A stretch of DNA of 64,000 nt from Flavobacterium sp. (GTDB lineage: Bacteria; Bacteroidota; Bacteroidia; Flavobacteriales; Flavobacteriaceae): positions 7,767 to 71,766 of the forward strand of contig NZ_JBKBLM010000004.1 in assembly GCF_046296355.1 (NCBI RefSeq). Reading direction: 5' to 3'. The notes beneath the pieces are model-generated. The model was not told the DNA's origin and searched no databases. It saw nothing but the letters and a program-made list of their open reading frames with translations. Positions 40,023 through 49,135 of the stretch are shown piece after piece; the stretch's first letter is position 1, and every line of letters starts with the position of its first letter. Both the position numbers and the translations under genes were made by a program.

Positions 40023-40104
40023 TAAAGTTTGAAGTACGAAGTACAGAGTTTGAAGATAAATCTACTTCGTACTTCGTACTTCCAACTTCGCACTTTGTAC
40101 TTTT
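40023..40104. repeat. Inverted pair of 7-mer tandem arrays with no gene between them
   Basis: 5 units like YGAAGTW (40023-40057), AAATC spacer, 6 units like WACTTCG (40063-40104). Confidence 0.85.
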
Positions 40105-40106
40105 AA

Positions 40107-40556
40107 TTATGTCAATAATTTTTTAACAATAGTCGAAATGGTTTTACCATCGGTTTTACCGGCTAAGGCAGCTGAAGCTTTCCCCATAACTTGTCCCATG
40201 GATGCCATACCTGAGAAACCGCCTTCAGTGATAATTTTTGCAACCGTAGTTTCTACTTCTGCTTCAGATAATTGTGCCGGCAAAAACTTTTCGATTACGG
40301 CTACTTGAGCCAATTCGGGTGCGGCTAAGTCGGCACGGTTTTGCTCGGTATAAATGTTGGCGCTGTCTTTTCTTTGCTTAACCAAACGTTGCAACAATTT
40401 AATTTCATCTTCAGAAGATAAAGTATCGCTGGCACCGGCTTCGGTTTTGGCTAAAATGATGCCTGATTTTATGGCTCTTAAAGCTTCTAAAGCAACGGTG
40501 TCTTTGGCTCTCATGGCGTTTTTCATTTCGTCCATGATTTGTGTTTCTAAACTCAT
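40107..40556 (-). CDS. GatB/YqeY domain protein
   Basis: 'MKNAMRAKD...LRAIKS', 'VKQRKDSA', 'MGQVMG...GKTDGK'. Confidence 0.93.
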   Translation of the reverse strand: MSLETQIMDEMKNAMRAKDTVALEALRAIKSGIILAKTEAGASDTLSSEDEIKLLQRLVKQRKDSANIYTEQNRADLAAPELAQVAVIEKFLPAQLSEAEVETTVAKIITEGGFSGMASMGQVMGKASAALAGKTDGKTISTIVKKLLT

Positions 40557-40558
40557 CT

Positions 40559-40593
40559 TGATATTAGATTTTAAATATTAGATATTAAATATG
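40559..40593. repeat. Solo 7-mer tandem arm directly upstream of the yqeY start
   Basis: TGATATT AGATTTT AAATATT AGATATT AAATATG; same unit as the four-helix-bundle flanks. Confidence 0.8.
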
Positions 40594-40604
40594 ATTGGCT
40601 TTTA

Positions 40605-40696
40605 AGCCCCGATGGGAGCAAGTATCCTCGAAGAGATACTGCGGACAGCGGGAAAATGGATTACTGAAACTGCCCGAACCTTTCGCTTCCCAAACT
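40605..40696 (+). repeat. Flavo-1-like dispersed element, copy 2
   Basis: AGCCCCGAT-GGGAGCAAGTATC-CTCGAAGA-GATACTGCGGACAG-CGGGA plus a tail 'GCCCGAACCTTTCGCTTCCCAAACT' like copy 1. Confidence 0.7.
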
Positions 40697-40731
40697 AAAT
40701 TTGGGACTAGCCTAAAAAGCACTGCGAAGTT

Positions 40732-40773
40732 AAAAAAAATAACCCGAAAATCTCAGTGAAATTTTCGGGTTAT
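40732..40773 (-). terminator. Terminator ending the dcw cluster after ftsZ
   Basis: ATAACCCGAAAAT-9nt-ATTTTCGGGTTAT with an A8 run. Confidence 0.85.
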
Positions 40774-40796
40774 GCATTAAGGGCAAAAACTGTAGA

Positions 40797-42767
40797 TTAG
40801 TCTACATTATCATGCAAGAAGGAATTATTGGTTCTGATTTGTAAATCATCGTTACTATCAGTTCCCAATGACATTCTTGAGTTTGAGCTATTGTCGGCGT
40901 TGTTTGACAGTTCAACTCCTAATCTTTTGTAAGCCGGTTCTTTTTCCATTTCCTCAATTCTTGACGGATTGTTGTGGAATTTGTAATTGAACTCTTTTAA
41001 TTTTCTTCTGCGCTCGTCGGCTCTGTGTTTCAACGTTTCTTCGATAGTCATTTCTACCGGAGAAGCGTCGTCGAAGTAATTAACTGAAGTGGTTTGAGGT
41101 TTCTCGGTTTCCACAACTTGTTTCATGGTGATGTTTAACTCTTCAGCGATTGGCTCTTCTACGATTTTTGCGACCGGTTTAGAATTCAATAAGTCGTTTT
41201 CTAACTCCATGTACTCTTCCAAAGAATATTTGATTACGCCACCTTCGTTCAATTCCGTTACCGGAACGAATTGTACAGGCTCGTTTACCACTATTTCATT
41301 GGCCTCAGACAAATCGAAAACGATTCTGCTTTCTTCCACTTCTTGAACCACTTCTATCGTTTCCACTTTTTCAAATACAGGCGTTGCAGCCGGCATATCA
41401 AAAGTAAAAGTGATTTGCTCTTCTTCGATGATGTCTTGTGGTTCAACCACTTTCATTTCACGAACTTCAGGTGTGGTTACTTTGTAATCGATGTCCATGA
41501 TAGGCGATACGATTTCGAAAGTCACGTCTAAATTGCGGATGAATTGGTTCATCGCGATTAATTCGTTGTCATTGATAGCCGTTGGAGCTGCTACTATGGT
41601 TTCAATTTCTTCTTCGATTAATTCGAATACGATTTTTTCTTCTTTAACTTCTGCTTTAGGTGTATCAACAATAGTTTGGAAAACTTCTACCGGTTTTTGG
41701 GTTAAGTCGCGCACCAATTTTTGATCGTCTTCTAAAGCGTGAACTATTTTCTTGGCTTCAATGTTTAAAAGTCCGTTTTGTTGTTCTTGATTAAAACCTG
41801 TAGCAATTATAGTTACTGCGATAGAATCTCCTAACGTTTCGTCTTCACCAACTCCCATGATGATGTTGGCATTGTGACCGGCTTCCGATTGGATATGGTC
41901 GTTGATTTCTCCAATTTCGTCAATGGTGATTTCGTTATTACCAGAAACGATAAGCAACAATACGTTTTTGGCACCAGAGATTTTATTATCATTTAACAAT
42001 GGAGAATCTAAGGCAGAAATGATAGCATCTTTTGCTCTATTTTCGCCATTAGCCGTAGCAGAACCCATGATGGCTCTTCCGCTATTTTCCAATACTGTTT
42101 TCGCGTCTTTTAAGTCAATGTTTTGCGTGTAGTGGTGTGTAATTACTTCCGCGATACCACGAGAAGCAGTCGCCAACACTTCATCAGCTTTTGAGAAACC
42201 GGCTTTGAAACCTAAGTTTCCGTACACTTCTCTCAACTTATTGTTATTGATAACAATCAAAGAATCTACTTGTTTTCTTAATTTTTCAACACCCAACAAG
42301 GCTTGTTCCGAACGAACTTTTCCTTCAAACTGGAAAGGAATCGTGACGATACCAACGGTAAGAATGTCTCTTTCTTTGGCCAATTGCGCAATTACGGGAG
42401 CCGCACCAGTTCCTGTTCCACCGCCCATACCGGCAGTGATGAACACCATTTTGGTATTGCTGTCCAACATTTTTTCGATGTCGCCCACACTTTCCAAAGC
42501 GGATTGTTGTCCAACATCCGGGTTAGCGCCTGCGCCAAGACCTTCGGTTAAGTTCACACCCAACTGAATTTTATTGGGTACCGGACTGTTTTGAAGTGCC
42601 TGTGAGTCGGTATTACAAACGATGAAATCTACACCTTTGATTCCCTGTTTGAACATGTGATTGATAGCGTTACTTCCGCCGCCACCAACACCGATTACTT
42701 TAATCACATTTGATTGATTCTTTGGTAAATCAAATGAGATGCTTCCAAATTCTGAGTTGCTTATCAT
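40797..42767 (-). CDS. ftsZ: Cell division protein FtsZ with a long acidic C-terminal linker
   Basis: 'IKVIGVGGGGSNA', 'GMGGGTGTG'; about 300 aa Glu-rich extension. Confidence 0.97.
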   Translation of the reverse strand: MISNSEFGSISFDLPKNQSNVIKVIGVGGGGSNAINHMFKQGIKGVDFIVCNTDSQALQNSPVPNKIQLGVNLTEGLGAGANPDVGQQSALESVGDIEKMLDSNTKMVFITAGMGGGTGTGAAPVIAQLAKERDILTVGIVTIPFQFEGKVRSEQALLGVEKLRKQVDSLIVINNNKLREVYGNLGFKAGFSKADEVLATASRGIAEVITHHYTQNIDLKDAKTVLENSGRAIMGSATANGENRAKDAIISALDSPLLNDNKISGAKNVLLLIVSGNNEITIDEIGEINDHIQSEAGHNANIIMGVGEDETLGDSIAVTIIATGFNQEQQNGLLNIEAKKIVHALEDDQKLVRDLTQKPVEVFQTIVDTPKAEVKEEKIVFELIEEEIETIVAAPTAINDNELIAMNQFIRNLDVTFEIVSPIMDIDYKVTTPEVREMKVVEPQDIIEEEQITFTFDMPAATPVFEKVETIEVVQEVEESRIVFDLSEANEIVVNEPVQFVPVTELNEGGVIKYSLEEYMELENDLLNSKPVAKIVEEPIAEELNITMKQVVETEKPQTTSVNYFDDASPVEMTIEETLKHRADERRRKLKEFNYKFHNNPSRIEEMEKEPAYKRLGVELSNNADNSSNSRMSLGTDSNDDLQIRTNNSFLHDNVD

Positions 42768-42801
42768 ACTATTTTGGTGTTAGGTATTTATTCTGTTTAA
42801 T

Positions 42802-44181
42802 CTATTCTGCGTTATCTAAAAAATCTTTAATCTTGTCCACATAGCGGTCAAAAAACGAGCGTCTGATTTTGTCTTCTGTAGTTTCCGCTTTAGGCTTTTC
42901 TTCAACGGCTTCTTCATTAACAATTTCTTCTTCTTTGGGTTCAAAAACCGGTTGTTGTACTATTGGTTTTGGTGCTTCCGGCGCTACCTCTTTTAATTCA
43001 ATTTTGTAAGCACTGTTCGAATTGTTTTCGATACTGTTCATTACCAATCCTACTGCGGTAGCATATAACGGACTCGAAATTTCTTCTCCCGAATTACCTG
43101 CCAAATGTTCGTTTGGATAGCCAATTCTCGTGTCCATTCCCGTGATGTATTCCACCAATTGCTTGATGTGTTTCAATTGTGAACCACCACCGGTTAATAC
43201 GATTCCGGCAATTAATTTTTTGCGTGGATCTTCGTGTCCGTATGCTTTGATTTCGGTGAAAACCTGTTCGATAATCTCCACTACTCTGGCGTGAATGATT
43301 TTCGATAAATTCTTAAGCGAAATCTCTTTGGGATCTCTTCCGCGTAAACCCGGAATGGAAACAATCTCGTTGTCTTTATTTTCTCCCGGCCATGCTGAGC
43401 CGAATTTAACCTTCAATAACTCTGCCTGTTTTTCAATAATTGAACAACCTTCTTTAATATCATCCGTAATTACGTTTCCACCAAAAGGTACGACCGCTGT
43501 GTGACGAATGATACCATCTTTGAAAATGGCTAAATCTGTTGTTCCCCCACCGATGTCAATTAAGGCAACACCAGCTTCTTTTTCTTCCTGACTCAAAACC
43601 GCATCGGCTGAGGCTAATGGCTCTAAAGTCAATCCTGACAATTCAATGCCCGAACTTTGAATACATCTTCCAACATTTCTGATAGAAGAGGCCTGTCCGA
43701 CTACCACGTGGAAACTTGCTTCCAATCTTCCACCATACATTCCGATAGGTTCTTTGATTTCAGATTGCCCGTCAATCTTGAATTCTTGTGGCAATACGTG
43801 GATAATTTCTTCTCCCGGTAGCATCGCCAATTTGTTTACTTGGTCGATTAACAATTGGATGTCTCTTCCGCTGATTACTTCTTCAGGGTTTGTTCTGATT
43901 ACGTAATCGGTGTGTTGTATACTGCGAATGTGCTGTCCGGCAATGCCCACTACCACATCGTTTATTTTGTAACCTGAATTATTTTCTGCTTCAAGAACTG
44001 CCTGTTGAATGGATTGAATCGTTTGCGTGATATTGTTAACAACGCCACGAGCCACACCAAGACTTTTGGATTTTCCGACACCCAAAATTTCCAATTTTCC
44101 ATACTCATTTTTCTTGCCAATCATGGCCACAATCTTGGTTGTCCCAATGTCTAATCCGACTGCAATATTCTCTTTTTCCAT
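42802..44181 (-). CDS. ftsA: Cell division protein FtsA
   Basis: 'GLDIGTTKI', 'DIGGGTTD', 'LTGGGS'. Confidence 0.97.
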   Translation of the reverse strand: MEKENIAVGLDIGTTKIVAMIGKKNEYGKLEILGVGKSKSLGVARGVVNNITQTIQSIQQAVLEAENNSGYKINDVVVGIAGQHIRSIQHTDYVIRTNPEEVISGRDIQLLIDQVNKLAMLPGEEIIHVLPQEFKIDGQSEIKEPIGMYGGRLEASFHVVVGQASSIRNVGRCIQSSGIELSGLTLEPLASADAVLSQEEKEAGVALIDIGGGTTDLAIFKDGIIRHTAVVPFGGNVITDDIKEGCSIIEKQAELLKVKFGSAWPGENKDNEIVSIPGLRGRDPKEISLKNLSKIIHARVVEIIEQVFTEIKAYGHEDPRKKLIAGIVLTGGGSQLKHIKQLVEYITGMDTRIGYPNEHLAGNSGEEISSPLYATAVGLVMNSIENNSNSAYKIELKEVAPEAPKPIVQQPVFEPKEEEIVNEEAVEEKPKAETTEDKIRRSFFDRYVDKIKDFLDNAE

Positions 44182-44187
44182 AATCTT

Positions 44188-44910
44188 CTATTTAATGCAC
44201 ACCACTTGCTTGGTAAACTTCAAATTAATTCTTCGGTACTTGTCCAAAGTGCTATCTAAAACCGCCTTCTGAAAAAAGGCTTTGTAATTCTTAAATTTTC
44301 TCTCGATGTTAATAGTTCTCCCGAAATCAATTTGATAATCGTAATTTCTGTTCGCCATAATTAAGCCACCGCTAGGCAAAACCTGTACACCAATGATATT
44401 TTTCTTCAAAAAATCATCTTCCGCAATCATCCCTAAAACTTCAGATAATTTTTCCTTTTTTACTGCTGTAATTTCCCCCGATAATAGTGGCACTCTGGCG
44501 GTGTAATTCTCCGATAACGGCATTTTATTCCCCTCATTATCAATATAAAAAGAACCCGTTTCGTCAAACACTCTGCCTACTGGTGTTTTTTGTTCCACTA
44601 CTGCTTTTAAAACCCCATCAACACTGACAAATACATCTGCTTTTTGAATCATTTGATGACTACTGACGGATTTTTCCAATTTATTCAAATCTAAACCATC
44701 TTTATTGATAGTTTTTAGGTCCTGATTTTTTTCTATTAACAATTTATTAACCATTTCAGGTTTCAAAAAAAGACTGTTTTCACCTACAAAAACCACTTCG
44801 GTTTTCGATATTTTTCGCAGGGCATTTCGGTGCGAAGTGAACGAAAATAGGAAGATAACGACCGAAATCATTAGCACTAATCTGATATTTGTCCAAGTGA
44901 AAACCTTCAT
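44188..44910 (-). CDS. ftsQ: Cell division protein FtsQ/DivIB
   Basis: N-term TM, POTRA-like region, position between murC and ftsA. Confidence 0.85.
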   Translation of the reverse strand: MKVFTWTNIRLVLMISVVIFLFSFTSHRNALRKISKTEVVFVGENSLFLKPEMVNKLLIEKNQDLKTINKDGLDLNKLEKSVSSHQMIQKADVFVSVDGVLKAVVEQKTPVGRVFDETGSFYIDNEGNKMPLSENYTARVPLLSGEITAVKKEKLSEVLGMIAEDDFLKKNIIGVQVLPSGGLIMANRNYDYQIDFGRTINIERKFKNYKAFFQKAVLDSTLDKYRRINLKFTKQVVCIK

Positions 44911-46247
44911 GATAAAGCCAATTTAATTTTTGGAACCAATTCACCAATATCTCCTGCGCCGATGGTGACAATTATTTTAGCGCTGCTTTCTAAAATTGAC
45001 GGAATTAATTCACCTTTTGTAACCAATTTTTTATTGTTATTTTCCATTTTTGAAAGCAACCAACTTGAGGTAACTCCTTCCATCGGTAATTCTCTGGCGG
45101 GATAAATATCTAACAGTAAAACTTCATCGAATTGCGACAAACTTTTGGCGAAATCATCTGCAAAATCTTTGGTTCTACTGAACAAATGCGGTTGGAAAAT
45201 CGCCAACACTTTTTGGTTCGGATACAACTCACGAACGGCTTGATGCACTGCGTTAATTTCTGTCGGATGATGCGCATAATCATCTATGTAAACCAAGTCA
45301 TTTGTTTTGATTTGGTACGAAAATCTGCGCTGAATTCCTTTAAATGAAGCCAAGGCTTTAGCAATGGACTCGGTCGGGGTACCAAAAGTCTTAGACATTG
45401 CTAAAGCCATCAAGGCATTCATTAAATTGTGTCTTCCGGGTAAACCGAATTTCAAATCGGTAATTGTTTCAGATGGCGTTTGCACATTAAAAACATAGAA
45501 TCCGTTTTCAATTCGGATGTTGAAAGCTTTATAGGTTGAATCTTCATTAATTCCGATGGTTAAACCTTCGAGCGGCAAACCTTTTGGAACGAATAAATTG
45601 TTTTTATCTTCTACTTTATGGGCAAATTCACGGAATGAATCTTCAATCGCGGTTGCATCGCCATAAATATCCAAATGATCTGCATCCATTGAGGTTACGC
45701 AAGCAATATTTGGATGCAAATGCAAAAATGAACGATCGAATTCGTCAGCTTCTACTACCGTAACTGTTTTTCCGTTTCCGATTAAGTTGGAATTATAATT
45801 TTCTACAATTCCGCCTAAGAAAGCGGTAACATCTGCGCCACTTTCGTAAAGAATATGTCCCAAAATACTGGATGTGGTTGTTTTTCCGTGCGTTCCGGCA
45901 ACGGCGAAACAAAACGTGTCTTTGGTGATGATGCCTAAAACCTCGGCACGTTTTTTTACCGTATAATTTCTTTCCAAAAAGTAATTCCATTCCGAGTGCG
46001 ACACAGGCACTGCAGGTGTGATGATTACTAAAGTGTTTTCGGTGTAATAATCGCTTGGAATTAAACCAATATTATCTTCAAAATGAATATTCATTCCGGC
46101 CGCAATCAATTCGTCGGTTAACATGGTTGGCGTTTTGTCATACCCTGAAACATTTTTGCCAATGTTTTGGAAATAACGCGCCAAAGCACTCATTCCGATG
46201 CCTCCGATGCCGATGAAATAGACGTTATGGATTTGGTTTAGGTTCAT
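44907..46247 (-). CDS. murC: UDP-N-acetylmuramate--L-alanine ligase
   Basis: 'FIGIGGIGMS', 'GTHGKTTT', 'EADEFDRSF', 'DDYAHHP'. Confidence 0.97.
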   Translation of the reverse strand: MNLNQIHNVYFIGIGGIGMSALARYFQNIGKNVSGYDKTPTMLTDELIAAGMNIHFEDNIGLIPSDYYTENTLVIITPAVPVSHSEWNYFLERNYTVKKRAEVLGIITKDTFCFAVAGTHGKTTTSSILGHILYESGADVTAFLGGIVENYNSNLIGNGKTVTVVEADEFDRSFLHLHPNIACVTSMDADHLDIYGDATAIEDSFREFAHKVEDKNNLFVPKGLPLEGLTIGINEDSTYKAFNIRIENGFYVFNVQTPSETITDLKFGLPGRHNLMNALMALAMSKTFGTPTESIAKALASFKGIQRRFSYQIKTNDLVYIDDYAHHPTEINAVHQAVRELYPNQKVLAIFQPHLFSRTKDFADDFAKSLSQFDEVLLLDIYPARELPMEGVTSSWLLSKMENNNKKLVTKGELIPSILESSAKIIVTIGAGDIGELVPKIKLALS

Positions 46248-46286
46248 TTAGTTACTGAGTAGCTGAGTCACTGTGTGGCTGAGTTA
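46248..46286 (-). repeat. 8-mer tandem tract filling the whole murG-murC spacer
   Basis: Minus strand: TAG|TAACTCAG CCACACAG TGACTCAG CTACTCAG TAACTAA|ATG. Confidence 0.8.
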
Positions 46287-47381
46287 CTATGCTTTTATTA
46301 ATTTAATTATTTCTTCTACTATATCTTTGGTGGCGTTGGGTTTGGCCAATTTTTTAATATTTTGACTCAAATCTTTCTGCAATTCTTCATTTGAAATCAA
46401 ATCTGAAAACGTGGTTTCAAACTTTTCATCCAATTCGTTTTCTTTTAAAAGAATGGCGCCATTTTTATCTACTATGGCTTTGGCGTTTTTGGTTTGATGG
46501 TCTTCGGCCACATTGGGTGACGGAATGAAAATGGTTGGTTTCCCGACCAAACACAATTCCGAAACAGATGAAGCTCCGGCTCGTGAAATCACAAAATCGG
46601 CTGCGGCATAAATCAAATCCATTCTATCAACAAAGGCAACGACTTGGACATTTTCTCTTTCGTTGAAATGTTGGTATTCGTCGAAATACAATTTCCCGCA
46701 TTGCCAAAAAACCTGAATACCGCTTTCCAAAAGAAAATCTAGTTCTTTCGCAATTAATTGATTTACTCTTCTGGCGCCTAAACTTCCGCCTAAAACCAAC
46801 AAAGTTTTTTTATTGGTGTCTAATTTAAAGTAGGCTTTACCTTCTTCTGTTTTAGTTGCCACATCAAGCAAATCCTGACGAACGGGATTTCCGGTGAATA
46901 CTATTTTCTCTTTTGGAAAAAATCTTTCTAAATTTTCATAGGCCACACAAATGGCATTGGCTTTTTTGCTCAACAGTTTATTCGTAATTCCCGGATAGGA
47001 ATTTTGTTCCTGAATGACGGTAGGTATGTTCAAGCTATTCGCCATTTGCAATAACGGTCCGCTGGCAAAACCACCGGTTCCGATTACCACATCGGGTTGG
47101 AAACTTTTTAATATTTGACGTGACGTCCACAAACTGCTTACTAATTTTAAGGGAAACATGGCATTTTGCAACGTCAATTTTCTTTGCAAACCGGTTATCC
47201 AAAGTCCGTTGATTTGGTAACCGGCTTGTGGTACTTTTTGCATTTCCATTTTGTCTTTGGCGCCAACAAAAAGGAACTCTGCTTCCGGGAAACGAGACTT
47301 TAATTCATTGGCAATCGCAACCGCCGGATAGATATGTCCGCCTGTTCCACCACCGCTTAATATGAATTTTAATTTGCTCAT
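46287..47381 (-). CDS. murG: MurG glycosyltransferase
   Basis: '[10 protein letters not shown]', 'GNPVR', 'GGSLGA', 'SRAGA'. Confidence 0.97.
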   Translation of the reverse strand: MSKLKFILSGGGTGGHIYPAVAIANELKSRFPEAEFLFVGAKDKMEMQKVPQAGYQINGLWITGLQRKLTLQNAMFPLKLVSSLWTSRQILKSFQPDVVIGTGGFASGPLLQMANSLNIPTVIQEQNSYPGITNKLLSKKANAICVAYENLERFFPKEKIVFTGNPVRQDLLDVATKTEEGKAYFKLDTNKKTLLVLGGSLGARRVNQLIAKELDFLLESGIQVFWQCGKLYFDEYQHFNERENVQVVAFVDRMDLIYAAADFVISRAGASSVSELCLVGKPTIFIPSPNVAEDHQTKNAKAIVDKNGAILLKENELDEKFETTFSDLISNEELQKDLSQNIKKLAKPNATKDIVEEIIKLIKA

Positions 47382-47384
47382 TTT

Positions 47385-48695
47385 TTATTTTCCTTTCAAA
47401 ATTGGTTCCAATGGATTGGCTTTATCTTCGATAGAATAGCTTTCCAATTCGGCTTGTAATGCTGCTTTTTCTGCTTCTTCCTCTTCTTGTAATTGTTTGT
47501 CAATCATTCGTTGCAAAGCGTCTTCGCGTTTTTGCTTGTCGGCTAATTCTTCAGCGATTTCTTCTTCTTTTTTCGTCACACTTAAAATAATGCCGAGTGC
47601 GATACAAGTCATCCAAATGGAGCTTCCACCAGAACTAATCAAGGGTAACGTTTGTCCGGTTACGGGTAATAATTCTACCGCTACTGCCATATTGGTCATC
47701 GCTTGAAAAATAATTGGGAAGCCTAAACCGATGACGACGAGTTTGCCAAAAAGCGAATTGGATTTATGAGCTGCGACAACGAATCGGAACAACAAAAGTA
47801 AGTACATAAACAAAACTAAAATCCCTCCGAACAATCCGTATTCTTCAACAATAATCGCATAAATGAAATCGGAAGATGATTGTGGCAAGAAATTTTTCTG
47901 CACACTTTTTCCCGGACCTAAACCGTAAACACCGCCTGATGCGATGGCGATTTTGGCTTTTTCGATTTGGTAATCATCTTCATCGGGCTTATCGCTGGTG
48001 AAATTATCGATACGGTTTATCCAAGTGTCTACACGATTAGGGAAAGCTTCCGGAAATGCTTTGGCTACTAAGATGAAAAATGTCAGTCCTATAATTCCGG
48101 CACCGATTATGATTCCAATATATTTCAATGGATATTTTCCAATAAAAGCCAACATCAAAACCATTGAAAATATCAACGCTGCAGTGGATAAATTGGCCGG
48201 TAGAATTAGGATTACCGTGATAAAAACCGGTGTCCATAAATCCCATAAAGAGGATTGAAAAGTGATGGGTGTTTCTCTCGTTTTGGATAAATATCTCGCT
48301 ACAAAAACGTATAAAACAATAGAAGCCAAAGCTGATGTTTGGAATGTAATTCCGATGAACGGAATCTGAATCCAACGGCTGGCATTGGCACCATCGATAA
48401 TCGTTCCTTTGAGTAATGTATAAATCAACAATACCCAAACGACAGGCAATAACAAACGTGAAATCGTTCGGAAATAGTGATACGGTACTTTGTGGATTTT
48501 GTAAAGAATAAAAAATCCAACTAATACTTGCGCGCCGTGTTTTAATAAATACGTCAACGCATTTCCTGAACCGTGACGCATGTAAGCCAAATTACTACTC
48601 GCACTAAACACCGGCATAAACGAAAACAACGCCAACAAGGCCACGAATGCCCAGATGACTTTATCTCCTTTTAAGCTGTGAATTAGTTCTTTCAT
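47385..48695 (-). CDS. ftsW: SEDS protein FtsW
   Basis: 'GASRWI', 'SDFIYAII', 'LPLISSGGSS'; dcw position. Confidence 0.93.
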   Translation of the reverse strand: MKELIHSLKGDKVIWAFVALLALFSFMPVFSASSNLAYMRHGSGNALTYLLKHGAQVLVGFFILYKIHKVPYHYFRTISRLLLPVVWVLLIYTLLKGTIIDGANASRWIQIPFIGITFQTSALASIVLYVFVARYLSKTRETPITFQSSLWDLWTPVFITVILILPANLSTAALIFSMVLMLAFIGKYPLKYIGIIIGAGIIGLTFFILVAKAFPEAFPNRVDTWINRIDNFTSDKPDEDDYQIEKAKIAIASGGVYGLGPGKSVQKNFLPQSSSDFIYAIIVEEYGLFGGILVLFMYLLLLFRFVVAAHKSNSLFGKLVVIGLGFPIIFQAMTNMAVAVELLPVTGQTLPLISSGGSSIWMTCIALGIILSVTKKEEEIAEELADKQKREDALQRMIDKQLQEEEEAEKAALQAELESYSIEDKANPLEPILKGK

Positions 48696-48697
48696 TT

Positions 48698-49131
48698 TAA
48701 TATTAAATTTTAGATTTTAGATTTTAGATATTAAATATTTATATGTTTTGTTGTTCAATCTGTTGTTTACTGTTTTTAAGGTTGAAACGAAAATTGCCAC
48801 TAGTTCACTTGATTCTTTTAGAGGAAATGCTAATTCAGATTTACTTATCCAGTTCATTTCGGCTATAATTTCAAGCCAAAATTGAGCTTCATCAACTTCT
48901 TCTAAAACAATATTCAACTTTGCTACAAACTCTTTATCACTTCTTGCTCTACAAACCGCTCTATAATTTGCTCCAACAGAAGTTGAGCTCTTGGCCAATT
49001 GATTAATGACAACTCTTGATGAAATTGAATTCGGCATTTTCTCGACTAAATTTAAAATCAGTAAAGAGAATTGCTTAGTTCTATTTTTTAACTCATCGTT
49101 TGTCATATTTGATATTTAATATCTAATATTT
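48698..49131 (-). mobile_element. Putative four-helix-bundle cassette: gene plus inverted 7-mer repeat arms, between murD and ftsW
   Basis: Left arm 48698-48739 (ARATWTT x6), right arm 49104-49131 (reverse-complement unit x4); 13-bp perfect inverted core. Confidence 0.6.
48717..49106 (-). CDS. Four-helix-bundle protein (23S rRNA IVP / TIGR02436 family, Avd-like fold)
   Basis: 'QLAKSSTSVGANY', 'EFVAKLNIVLEEVDEAQFWLE'; 129 aa. Confidence 0.9.
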   Translation of the reverse strand: MTNDELKNRTKQFSLLILNLVEKMPNSISSRVVINQLAKSSTSVGANYRAVCRARSDKEFVAKLNIVLEEVDEAQFWLEIIAEMNWISKSELAFPLKESSELVAIFVSTLKTVNNRLNNKTYKYLISKI

Positions 49132-49135
49132 TATA

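Noticed and set aside
40023-40104. CRISPR array or DGR interpretation of the repeat tracts
   Set aside because: No repeat-spacer alternation, no cas genes, no reverse transcriptase, and no TR/VR pair differing at adenines in the window.
39899-40126. 75-aa plus-strand ORF
   Set aside because: Antisense to tRNA-Arg and the 7-mer hairpin.
40797-41800. Very long acidic FtsZ linker
   Set aside because: Long linkers are a recognised feature of FtsZ in this lineage; no frameshift or intein motif seen.
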